A DNA stretch of 20,000 nucleotides from an uncultured virus (IMG/VR IMGVR_UViG_3300035424_000304) (IMGVR_UViG_3300035424_000304); one strand, 5' to 3'. Numbered from the stretch's first letter, positions 11,328 through 17,898 are shown. Notes: generated from the letters alone by a model not told the origin. A program made the numbers and translations.

Positions 11328-11338
11328 CGATCGATGCA

Positions 11339-11367
11339 AGGGAGGGGGAACTGCCCCTCCCTCTTTA
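11339..11367 (+). terminator. Intrinsic terminator
   Basis: AGGGAGGGG...CCCCTCCCT-CTTTA. Confidence 0.65.
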
Positions 11368-11457
11368 TAGAAGGATTGGTGCGGAAATCCCCGGCTCATT
11401 ATCGATAGAGGCTGGCAGAGCGGGGCTAGAGAGGGCCGAAAATTTTCTCCAAATAAC

Positions 11458-11487
11458 TCGATATTTTTCGGAGGAAGCGCATAGTAT
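11458..11487 (+). promoter_or_regulatory. Shared promoter motif heading the tRNA-containing unit (TCGATA-N16-CATAGTAT)
   Basis: TCGATATTTTTCGGAGGAAGCGCATAGTAT. Confidence 0.7.
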
Positions 11488-11526
11488 ATGGATGAAAACA
11501 AACTGCCTGAAAGGAGAACTTCGCCC

Positions 11527-11715
11527 ATGAAAATTCAATCACTTTCTGTTGTCATCCCCAACGCAAGATGCATCAAGTTTGGGACAACCTCGTTTTGGAT
11601 ACAAAAACAAGATGATGGGAAGTTCCATTTTCAAATGGATAGTTCTGAGTCCCATCTGTCCAGAAAAGACTTAAAACTGCTTGTTTTAGAAATCGAGCAG
11701 GCGCTTTCTGAATGA
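11527..11715 (+). CDS. Hypothetical protein, 62 aa (possibly a chimeric remnant)
   Basis: RBS GAAAGGAG precedes ATG 11527. The protein begins MKIQSLSVVIPNARCIKFG. Confidence 0.6.
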   Translation: MKIQSLSVVIPNARCIKFGTTSFWIQKQDDGKFHFQMDSSESHLSRKDLKLLVLEIEQALSE

Positions 11716-11729
11716 ACCAGCAGCTAAAT

Positions 11730-11814
11730 GCGGGAGTGGCGGAATTGGCAGACGCACCGGATTTAAGTTCCGGCGCCATATGGTGTGAGGGTTCAAATCT
11801 CTTCTCCCGCACCA
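11730..11814 (+). tRNA. tRNA-Leu(TAA)
   Basis: Acceptor GCGGGAG/CTCCCGC-A-CCA, anticodon arm CCGGA-TTTAAGT-TCCGG, long variable arm, T loop TTCAAAT. Confidence 0.93.
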
Positions 11815-11846
11815 GCAGCTCTCGTATTCGATCTAAAAAATCATTT

Positions 11847-11937
11847 GCCAGTGTATCGTAGCGGAAACGAGGGTCAGAAATCCAGGATATCCAGTGGTAG
11901 ACCTGCGGTGCAAGTTCGACTCTTGCCACTGGCACCA
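11847..11937 (+). tRNA. Atypical tRNA-like gene with a 24-nt anticodon loop (anticodon undetermined)
   Basis: Perfect acceptor GCCAGTG/CACTGGC-A-CCA, D arm TCGT-AGCGGAA-ACGA and T arm GCAAG-TTCGACT-CTTGC. The stem GGGTC/GACCT encloses AGAAATCCAGGATATCCAGTGGTA. Confidence 0.75.
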
Positions 11938-11940
11938 AAT

Positions 11941-12016
11941 GCTCGTGTAACTCAGTTGGTAGAGTAGCGGCCTTTTAAGCCGTAAGTCGAGGGTTCGAAC
12001 CCCTCCATGGGCACCA
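11941..12016 (+). tRNA. tRNA-Lys(TTT)
   Basis: 76 nt. Acceptor GCTCGTG/CATGGGC-A-CCA, anticodon arm GCGGC-CTTTTAA-GCCGT, T arm GAGGG-TTCGAAC-CCCTC. Confidence 0.95.
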
Positions 12017-12020
12017 TTAT

Positions 12021-12108
12021 GGAGAGGTGTCCGAGCGGTCGATGGTGTCGGTCTTGAAAACCGACGAGCTGTAAGGCTCCGGGGGTTCGAATCCCTCCCT
12101 CTTCGCCA
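12021..12108 (+). tRNA. tRNA-Ser(TGA)
   Basis: Acceptor GGAGAGG/CCTCTTC-G-CCA, anticodon arm TCGGT-CTTGAAA-ACCGA, long variable arm GAGC..GCTC, G73 discriminator. Confidence 0.95.
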
Positions 12109-12109
12109 T

Positions 12110-12400
12110 TGTCTCCCCACGCTCTCGCTCAACCAAATAATCGGGACATTGCGGACATCATCATCCGCTGTTTCTGGAAGGCCCGCCCGGTGGCGTGGGT
12201 GGGGGCGTGGGAGACATACGCTGCATCCATTTGCAGGCTGGCATTTTTCGTAAGCATACGCTGCAGAGTGTGCGACCGGAATTTCCGTCTGTCGATTGGA
12301 TGCCAAAAGAGTACCCTATTTATACGGCGGGCCTGGCCCATGTGAAAAGCAAGCCAGGTGCATTTATGCAGGAGTGAAGTATAGTAGCGTAGTCCGTCGT
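12110..12400 (+). ncRNA. Candidate structured non-coding RNA(s), three domains, family unknown
   Basis: A 21-bp stem (12110-12131/12196-12216) with G-U pairs, a multi-stem junction at 12239-12305 and a multi-stem junction at 12324-12400. No ORF with an RBS is present. It begins immediately after the tRNA-Ser CCA. Confidence 0.6.
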
Positions 12401-12428
12401 TCTCTAAAAATATAAAGGAGATAATCAG

Positions 12429-12536
12429 ATGTTTTCAATCACACTCAATGGTATGGTCTATTCGTTCGAAGATGACCGTCTGATGGAAATCATGGATATG
12501 CTGGATGCTGCGGCAGACAAAGTCCGGGAAGAGTAA
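12429..12536 (+). CDS. Small acidic protein, 35 aa (not in the ORF track)
   Basis: RBS AAAGGAG, then MFSITLNGMVYSFEDDRLMEIMDMLDAAADKVREE. Confidence 0.6.
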   Translation: MFSITLNGMVYSFEDDRLMEIMDMLDAAADKVREE

Positions 12537-12548
12537 AACGAAGCTGTG

Positions 12549-12580
12549 GGGGCAGCGTAACCCGCTGCCCCTCCCCCTTT
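12549..12580 (+). terminator. GC-rich hairpin (weak terminator or processing stem) before the CAT tRNA
   Basis: GGGGCAGCG-TAACC-CGCTGCCCC followed by a pyrimidine run lacking a good U tract. Confidence 0.4.
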
Positions 12581-12590
12581 CCCAGAATCT

Positions 12591-12666
12591 GCTCCCTTAG
12601 CTCAGTTGGTAGAGCGGCTGCCTCATAAGCGGTTGGTCCTGGGTTCGATTCCCCGAGGGAGTACCA
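12591..12666 (+). tRNA. tRNA with CAT anticodon (elongator Met or Ile2)
   Basis: 76 nt. Acceptor GCTCCCT/AGGGAGT-A-CCA, anticodon arm GCTGC-CTCATAA-GCGGT. It lacks initiator features and has C4-G69 and C5-G68 as in Ile2. Confidence 0.9.
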
Positions 12667-12694
12667 AGAAATCAACAAAAACGAGGTATTTAGC

Positions 12695-13159
12695 ATGTTT
12701 TCAAGCAACCAAATTCTTGACATTTCCTGTGAGCAAAAAGACCTGAGCCGGGTCATAAAGTTTGCCGTGGGACTGGATGACGAAGATTTGTTTATCCGGC
12801 ACGATGGTCGTCTGAAAATGGCTTTTTCCGAACCAATCCCCGGCGTGTACGCTATTGGAAGAGGTTCGTTCCCTGGCTTCTCTGGCAGTTCTGTGCGGGG
12901 ACATTCGGCGGGAAAGGGTTGGGTGGATTACCCATTTGACTACGATCCTGACATCGTCGCAGGTATTATCAACCAGTGGATTCAAAAGCAGCCTGAGCCA
13001 AAACATACAGGAACCGATGGATCGGAGCATCTGGGGGTACGGGTGAGGTGCCTGGAGTCCATGGGCGACGACCTGCCGCACAGCTATGATTTACCAAATT
13101 GGGACTGGTTCAGCTGCATTCTGCTGTTTACCCCAATTCATATGGCATATCACAAGTAA
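12695..13159 (+). CDS. Hypothetical protein, 154 aa
   Basis: RBS GAGGT. Co-oriented ORF filling the gap between the tRNA and the coaB-like gene. Confidence 0.75.
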   Translation: MFSSNQILDISCEQKDLSRVIKFAVGLDDEDLFIRHDGRLKMAFSEPIPGVYAIGRGSFPGFSGSSVRGHSAGKGWVDYPFDYDPDIVAGIINQWIQKQPEPKHTGTDGSEHLGVRVRCLESMGDDLPHSYDLPNWDWFSCILLFTPIHMAYHK

Positions 13160-13183
13160 CCGATAAAAACGGAGGCGTAAAAT

Positions 13184-13945
13184 ATGAAGAAAAGGATTAT
13201 TATCACATCTGGTCCCACAAACGAGCAAATCGATGCAGTGATGAAAATCACGAACATGTCGACCGGAGCTCTGGGAAGCACGATAGCGGAGACCTTTCTG
13301 CGGGAGCGGAGTAAAAACATCGAAAAAGTCTACTACCTCTCCCCCAAACTCGCCCTGAAACCCCGCCTGACTTCTCCTCTGTTGGATTACATCACAGTCG
13401 AATCCACGCAGGATTTGCTGGACGAACTGACGCACCTTCTGACCACAGAGCGCATCGATGCTGTTGTGCATTCCGCCGCCGTGGGAGATTACAAGGCCAG
13501 CTACACTATCCGGGCGGAAGACCTCATTGATGAAATCATCCGGAAACAGGCGGAGGCCGGGGGTGTACTGGGGTACGACGAGCTTATGGAAATCTTCGAC
13601 AGTCCCGAGGCCGTGCAGAATGACAGTACAAAAATCTCCTCTTATGAGCCCCACCTGATGACAATGCTAACCTTGACCCCAAAGGTTATCAGCAGTATCA
13701 AGAAGCTCTCCCCCAGTACTACCCTGGTGGGTTTTAAACTTCTGGAGGGCATAGCGAGGGACGAACTTCTTAACGTCGCCTCCAGGCTACGTGAGAAGAA
13801 CCAGGCAGATTACATCATTGCTAATGACCTTTCCAAAATTGGCAACGGAAAACACTGGGCGATGGTTGTGGGAGCGTCTGGGGTCGAGACGGAGTGTGAG
13901 ACAAAGCAGGAAATTGCCGATGCAATCCTGGCCCGGATTTTCTGA
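13184..13945 (+). CDS. coaB: Phosphopantothenate-cysteine ligase-like protein (stand-alone CoaB/DFP C-terminal domain), 253 aa
   Basis: IIITSGPTNEQIDAVMKITNMSTGALG, VVHSAAVGDY, KISS, TPKVI, LVGFKL and IIANDL. RBS GGAGG. Confidence 0.9.
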   Translation: MKKRIIITSGPTNEQIDAVMKITNMSTGALGSTIAETFLRERSKNIEKVYYLSPKLALKPRLTSPLLDYITVESTQDLLDELTHLLTTERIDAVVHSAAVGDYKASYTIRAEDLIDEIIRKQAEAGGVLGYDELMEIFDSPEAVQNDSTKISSYEPHLMTMLTLTPKVISSIKKLSPSTTLVGFKLLEGIARDELLNVASRLREKNQADYIIANDLSKIGNGKHWAMVVGASGVETECETKQEIADAILARIF

Positions 13946-13986
13946 CAAAAAAATATGGCTTCCCGCATCGTATGGGAGCCATATAT

Positions 13987-14072
13987 GCCTTGGTAGCTCA
14001 GTAGGTAGAGCGCCGTAGGGAGTTGATCGCCCCTTCGGTATGTCGCCGGTTCGAGTCCGGCCCAGGGCACAA
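13987..14072 (+). tRNA. Atypical tRNA-like gene with an extended anticodon arm (+10 nt); ends ACAA rather than ACCA
   Basis: Acceptor GCCTTGG/CCAGGGC-A, D arm GCTC-AGTAGGTA-GAGC and T arm GCCGG-TTCGAGT-CCGGC. The anticodon arm is GCCGTAGGG-AGTTGATCGC-CCCTTCGGT. Confidence 0.75.
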
Positions 14073-14170
14073 TAAGCCCCGTATGACAATGGTCTTGGTC
14101 CATCTCACCAGTTGGCGAGGGCGGCTTGCAACGCAGCGGGGCATTAAAAAATATGAAAGGAGATGCCGCT

Positions 14171-14461
14171 ATGACAATCATGGACCTAGTCAACAAAAAG
14201 GAGCAGATTGACCGCATGTCAAAGCGTATTAGAGACACAATCGCAAAAACAGACAAAGGGTTCGAATCAATTAACAAATTCGAAAAATCTACCGATGAAG
14301 ACGGGAAAAAGGCCATCAACCTTGCCCGTATTTCGACGAATGAACTCATCATGGATCTGAATGAATGCCAGAAACAGCTTCGGGAATATTCCCTACTGCT
14401 TGATTCAGTCTTGCGGCAAACAAATATCACATGGCCTCCAAAATGCACTGCCCTGGAATGA
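14171..14461 (+). CDS. Hypothetical helical protein, 96 aa
   Basis: RBS GAAAGGAG precedes ATG 14171. Its stop overlaps the next start (ATGA). Confidence 0.7.
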   Translation: MTIMDLVNKKEQIDRMSKRIRDTIAKTDKGFESINKFEKSTDEDGKKAINLARISTNELIMDLNECQKQLREYSLLLDSVLRQTNITWPPKCTALE

Positions 14462-14883
14462 CCCCACCCCTCCCCCGCTCTTCTCTCCTGCCAGCCTATA
14501 TTGCTGAGGATAAGTTGTTCTTCTCCACCCGCCACCTTCAAAACCCTGCGCTTCTCATCCAACCCTCTCTTGATTTGCTGGTGGCGGTTGGTGAAACACC
14601 AGAAATGAGAAAAGCGAAAGCTCGGTTTGACGCTGTCGCTACCCCAGAAGATTCCCAGACAAATCCCCTCATTGTGGTTCCCCTTGGCCTGGAAACCCCA
14701 TATGGGCTAACACTGGAGCAAGCCGAGTATACAATTAACCGCATGAGTTCTGACCTAGATTCCCATTTCGTAACCAGATTCTTTGAACACTTATGTCTGG
14801 ATGCAGACATCCGCTTTTGGATCAACGAAAGGATGACGCAAGAGCCTAAATGGACATACACGGTTGAGCAATTATTGGGGTGA
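14458..14883 (+). CDS. Hypothetical protein, 141 aa
   Basis: ATGA translational coupling with the upstream ORF, followed by a terminator. Confidence 0.65.
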   Translation: MTPPLPRSSLLPAYIAEDKLFFSTRHLQNPALLIQPSLDLLVAVGETPEMRKAKARFDAVATPEDSQTNPLIVVPLGLETPYGLTLEQAEYTINRMSSDLDSHFVTRFFEHLCLDADIRFWINERMTQEPKWTYTVEQLLG

Positions 14884-14892
14884 CAAGAATTC

Positions 14893-14930
14893 AAAAAAAG
14901 GACTGGCAGTCTGAGCCAGTCCCTCTTTTT
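14893..14930 (+). terminator. Intrinsic terminator (bidirectional shape)
   Basis: AAAAAAAGGGACTGGC...GCCAGTCCCTCTTTTT. Confidence 0.85.
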
Positions 14931-14956
14931 GTTCATTACGCCAATTTCTCAGTCTA

Positions 14957-14985
14957 TTGTACTTGTTTATGGAGTATGGTATATT
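14957..14985 (+). promoter_or_regulatory. sigmaA-type promoter with extended -10
   Basis: TTGTAC-N17-TATATT, with TG two bases before the -10. Confidence 0.5.
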
Positions 14986-15043
14986 AGAAAAAAGCAGATT
15001 CTATTTGTTCTATCTGTCAACCTATGTTATGAGGAGTACCAAG

Positions 15044-15448
15044 ATGATAAACACACAACCAGAGGTATGCAATCTCTGCGGAGGAAAAGTTATCTATACA
15101 AGCAATGCACGCGTCTACCATGGTCGGGAATATGGCAGCGGCTATTGTTATTTATGTCTTGCTTGCGGTGCGTACGTTGGAACGCATAAGCCTCACCCTA
15201 AAGAAGCACTTGGGCTGCTGGCAGATGAACGTATGCGGAAAGGGAAAATCATGTGCCATGCTCTTTTTGACGCCATGTGGAAAGGGAAAAAGCACGAAAA
15301 GAGAGAACGGGATGCACTATATCGTTGGCTGGCTGAAGAAATGGCAATCCCGGTGGAAGACTGCCACTTCGGTTACTTCAATATCGAACAACTCAGGCAA
15401 GCATACCGCATACTCAAACGGCGTTCGGAACAGGATGGTATCATTTGA
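15044..15448 (+). CDS. DUF3268-like zinc-finger protein (phage-associated), 134 aa
   Basis: CNLCGG...YLCLACGAYVGTH...ALGLLAD...CHALFD.MW...R..LY.WLA..M.I....CHFGYF. RBS GAGGAG. Confidence 0.85.
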   Translation: MINTQPEVCNLCGGKVIYTSNARVYHGREYGSGYCYLCLACGAYVGTHKPHPKEALGLLADERMRKGKIMCHALFDAMWKGKKHEKRERDALYRWLAEEMAIPVEDCHFGYFNIEQLRQAYRILKRRSEQDGII

Positions 15449-15450
15449 CC

Positions 15451-15496
15451 AAAAAGAGCTGGGTGATAGACATACGTCTTCCCCAGCTCTTTTTTG
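15451..15496. terminator. Bidirectional terminator between convergent genes
   Basis: AAAAGAGCTGGG...CCCAGCTCTTTTTT. Confidence 0.85.
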
Positions 15497-15536
15497 CGCG
15501 GTTAGTCTTCCTTCCGGCAATGCTTTTGTGCGAAAC

Positions 15537-16325
15537 TCATTTTGCCTGTAGGATTTGCCAGGATTCAGATAGGGCTGTTAGGTATATAATTGGCAAGGCG
15601 TCATAGAACCGACTCCGCAGTTCTTGCTCGCTGACCCCTTCCTTCCGGGCAATAAACTCCTTCTCTTCCCCAGTTGTTCCTCTCGCCCGAAGCCGCTCAA
15701 AATACTCCGGATAATGAGCAACGACTTCGTTCCAGTCGTCTTCGCTGACCTGCGAACGGATGTCGGAATAACCCTTACTCTCCCACCATGCCGTAACTTC
15801 CTGAGCATACTTTTCCAGGGTTGGGAGGGATATCCAGCTTCTCTTTCCCACTCGCAATCGCTCAATAATGGCACTTGCAACAAGGTCTGTTGCCGTGATA
15901 TGTATGGTTTGGCCCTGGTTTTTGGAGGTCCCGGCATTAACGCCGACAGTCTCGTCCGGTGCAAAAGCAAGGACAATTGCTGGAGATGAGAGATTGTGAG
16001 TGGCTTGGAAAGGAGAAATGGGAACCACGCACATCTGCTTCAGCCTCCAACCAAGATTTTGAAGCTCCAACAGGTGTAAGTATAGGTCGGGATCCTTTGC
16101 TCCATAGATAAACTCCGCAATATTTTCTCTCTGAAGAATTTCTGAAACTTCCTTCCACTGATTTGCGATAAGCGGGTCTTTGAAAGTAAGAATTTCTGAG
16201 CCAATCTTCTGGGTGGAACGATAGGCTTTTGCGCAGTACCATTCTGGCTGACTATACCATTTCTGGGCGCTTCCATCGGAATTCTGCTGTCCAAACATTT
16301 TCTCAAACAATTCTACCGTTTTCAT
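15537..16325 (-). CDS. Hypothetical protein, 262 aa
   Basis: RBS AAAGGAGGT precedes the ATG, and the shared promoter motif lies upstream. Confidence 0.8.
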   Translation of the reverse strand: MKTVELFEKMFGQQNSDGSAQKWYSQPEWYCAKAYRSTQKIGSEILTFKDPLIANQWKEVSEILQRENIAEFIYGAKDPDLYLHLLELQNLGWRLKQMCVVPISPFQATHNLSSPAIVLAFAPDETVGVNAGTSKNQGQTIHITATDLVASAIIERLRVGKRSWISLPTLEKYAQEVTAWWESKGYSDIRSQVSEDDWNEVVAHYPEYFERLRARGTTGEEKEFIARKEGVSEQELRSRFYDALPIIYLTALSESWQILQAK

Positions 16326-16363
16326 AGTAACCTCCTTTAGGGTGTATCTGCTTATGATACCCC

Positions 16364-16393
16364 ATTATATACATTCCCTGTTAAAAATATCAA
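16364..16393 (-). promoter_or_regulatory. Shared promoter motif variant (TTGATA-N16-TATATAAT)
   Basis: Minus strand reads TTGATATTTTTAACAGGGAATGTATATAAT. Confidence 0.65.
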
Positions 16394-16415
16394 GGGGTTC
16401 GCACCTAATTCTTGC

Positions 16416-16458
16416 AAAAAAAGCCCCGCCTCTGGACAAATGCCTAGAAGCGGGGTTC
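16416..16458 (-). terminator. Terminator for the minus-strand ORF 16482-17450
   Basis: Minus strand AACCCCGC...GCGGGGC-TTTTTTT. Confidence 0.65.
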
Positions 16459-16481
16459 GCTATTACAAATTCCTTTGGTAT

Positions 16482-17450
16482 TTATTCTGCGTCACAACAA
16501 ATCCTTTTGAGCAGAGCGTATTTGTCTGCCAATGCCTGAATTTGTTCTCTGATATTTTCTTTCATCTCGTTCCATTCAGGAGATCCACAAGAGAACAAAT
16601 CAAACTCCTCATGACCCCAGAGCCAGAGTTCATCCAGTCCAGAGACACCTTGTCCCCAGTGCTGAATCAAAATGGGATAACCCATTATTTTGCGAAGGAA
16701 CCCCATATTGACGGATTGGTATTTGACGATTAGTCCATCGTTTGCGGATGTAAGCCCCTCTCGAAATTCGTATGACCCTCCACGAGGACGAAGGAAACTG
16801 TTAAGATCTCTAAATAAACAATGGTATTTCACCGTTAGAGACAGTTCCCAGAACCAATCCATGTTTTCGGACACTTTCCAGGTAACAATCAATCCTGTCG
16901 GAGAGGCAAAAATTTCGATTCCAGGATTAACGATAGGCAGCCCGAAGGGGTCCTTTTCCTCCGTTGGAAAGAATCTCCTTCCACAGTATTCAAACCCTAT
17001 GAACCGGAGAATCGCCCGGCGGATATTAGATGACATACGGCAGGGAGAATTAAACCTGGATAAAAACGAGTTTTCATTCTGAACAAACCGAATCCAAACA
17101 TCGTTTGCTACATGTCGATCAAAACGCCCCGCTTCGGAAATTGCATACCGGTCTACGCCTTCTGCTGTTGCGCCTTCTACATCTGTTCGCTGTCCCTCCG
17201 GACGGTACTGGTTCCAATCAACTCTACTTAAATCGATTTTCTGCCAGCCATAATAATTCGCATTGAGGCTACGAGAAAAATTCGCAGGAAGGCTGCATGT
17301 GAGGGAGTGTCCGTCAACAAAAAACTCATGGCAAAAATAAAATCTGCTATCAGAAATTTCATCTCTTGACAACTTGGGCAGGCCGGGGTTTGTAACCACG
17401 ACCTCAATGATACGTTCGCCAATTTCTCTATTTCGATTATCCCTTATCAC
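16482..17450 (-). CDS. Hypothetical protein, 322 aa
   Basis: RBS AAGGAG precedes GTG. Long ORF in AT-rich DNA with no recognised motif. Confidence 0.75.
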   Translation of the reverse strand: MIRDNRNREIGERIIEVVVTNPGLPKLSRDEISDSRFYFCHEFFVDGHSLTCSLPANFSRSLNANYYGWQKIDLSRVDWNQYRPEGQRTDVEGATAEGVDRYAISEAGRFDRHVANDVWIRFVQNENSFLSRFNSPCRMSSNIRRAILRFIGFEYCGRRFFPTEEKDPFGLPIVNPGIEIFASPTGLIVTWKVSENMDWFWELSLTVKYHCLFRDLNSFLRPRGGSYEFREGLTSANDGLIVKYQSVNMGFLRKIMGYPILIQHWGQGVSGLDELWLWGHEEFDLFSCGSPEWNEMKENIREQIQALADKYALLKRICCDAE

Positions 17451-17518
17451 TTTTATACTCCTTCTCCGGAAATCTCCGGCTCAAAATCTTGTACTGTAAG
17501 AGCTTTTATTTGCTCAAT

Positions 17519-17821
17519 TTAAGAACAAACCTCCACAATGATTTCCGCAAGGCTCTGGGAGGAATTGATATCTCCTCCCTTTCCATGCAATAATCCCAGC
17601 AAAGTCTCATCGCCTGAATCTCGCAATTCGCAGTAATACGTCCACCCATCATCTTCTTTTTCGAAGCTAATATCCAGTTCCATATCCTGATCAACGACAT
17701 AGGTAACGATACGGTTATCAAATCCGGATGGGCGTGCGCCGGTTCCATCCCACTGGGTGGGGTTCATTTTTTGAAGGTGGATTTCTGCAATCTCCAGGGC
17801 TCTTTTTTGATCTATACTCAT
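17519..17821 (-). CDS. Hypothetical acidic protein, 100 aa
   Basis: RBS AAAAGGAG upstream, with the shared promoter motif at 17869-17898. Confidence 0.7.
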   Translation of the reverse strand: MSIDQKRALEIAEIHLQKMNPTQWDGTGARPSGFDNRIVTYVVDQDMELDISFEKEDDGWTYYCELRDSGDETLLGLLHGKGGDINSSQSLAEIIVEVCS

Positions 17822-17868
17822 AATTTCATTTTCTCCTTTTTATTCTATCCTGTGTGTCAGGCTTGCTC

Positions 17869-17898
17869 ATATTATGCCAAAACCACCTTTTTTATCAA
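17869..17898 (-). promoter_or_regulatory. Shared promoter motif (TTGATA-N16-CATAATAT)
   Basis: Minus strand reads TTGATAAAAAAGGTGGTTTTGGCATAATAT. Confidence 0.6.

Noticed and set aside
11573..12377. ORFs overlapping the tRNA and ncRNA cluster
   Set aside because: They overlap clear RNA genes and lack RBSs.
12330..12380. CAAGCC...GCAGGAG resembling a twister ribozyme
   Set aside because: Lacks the UAA cleavage loop and the pseudoknot partners, and the loop is too long.
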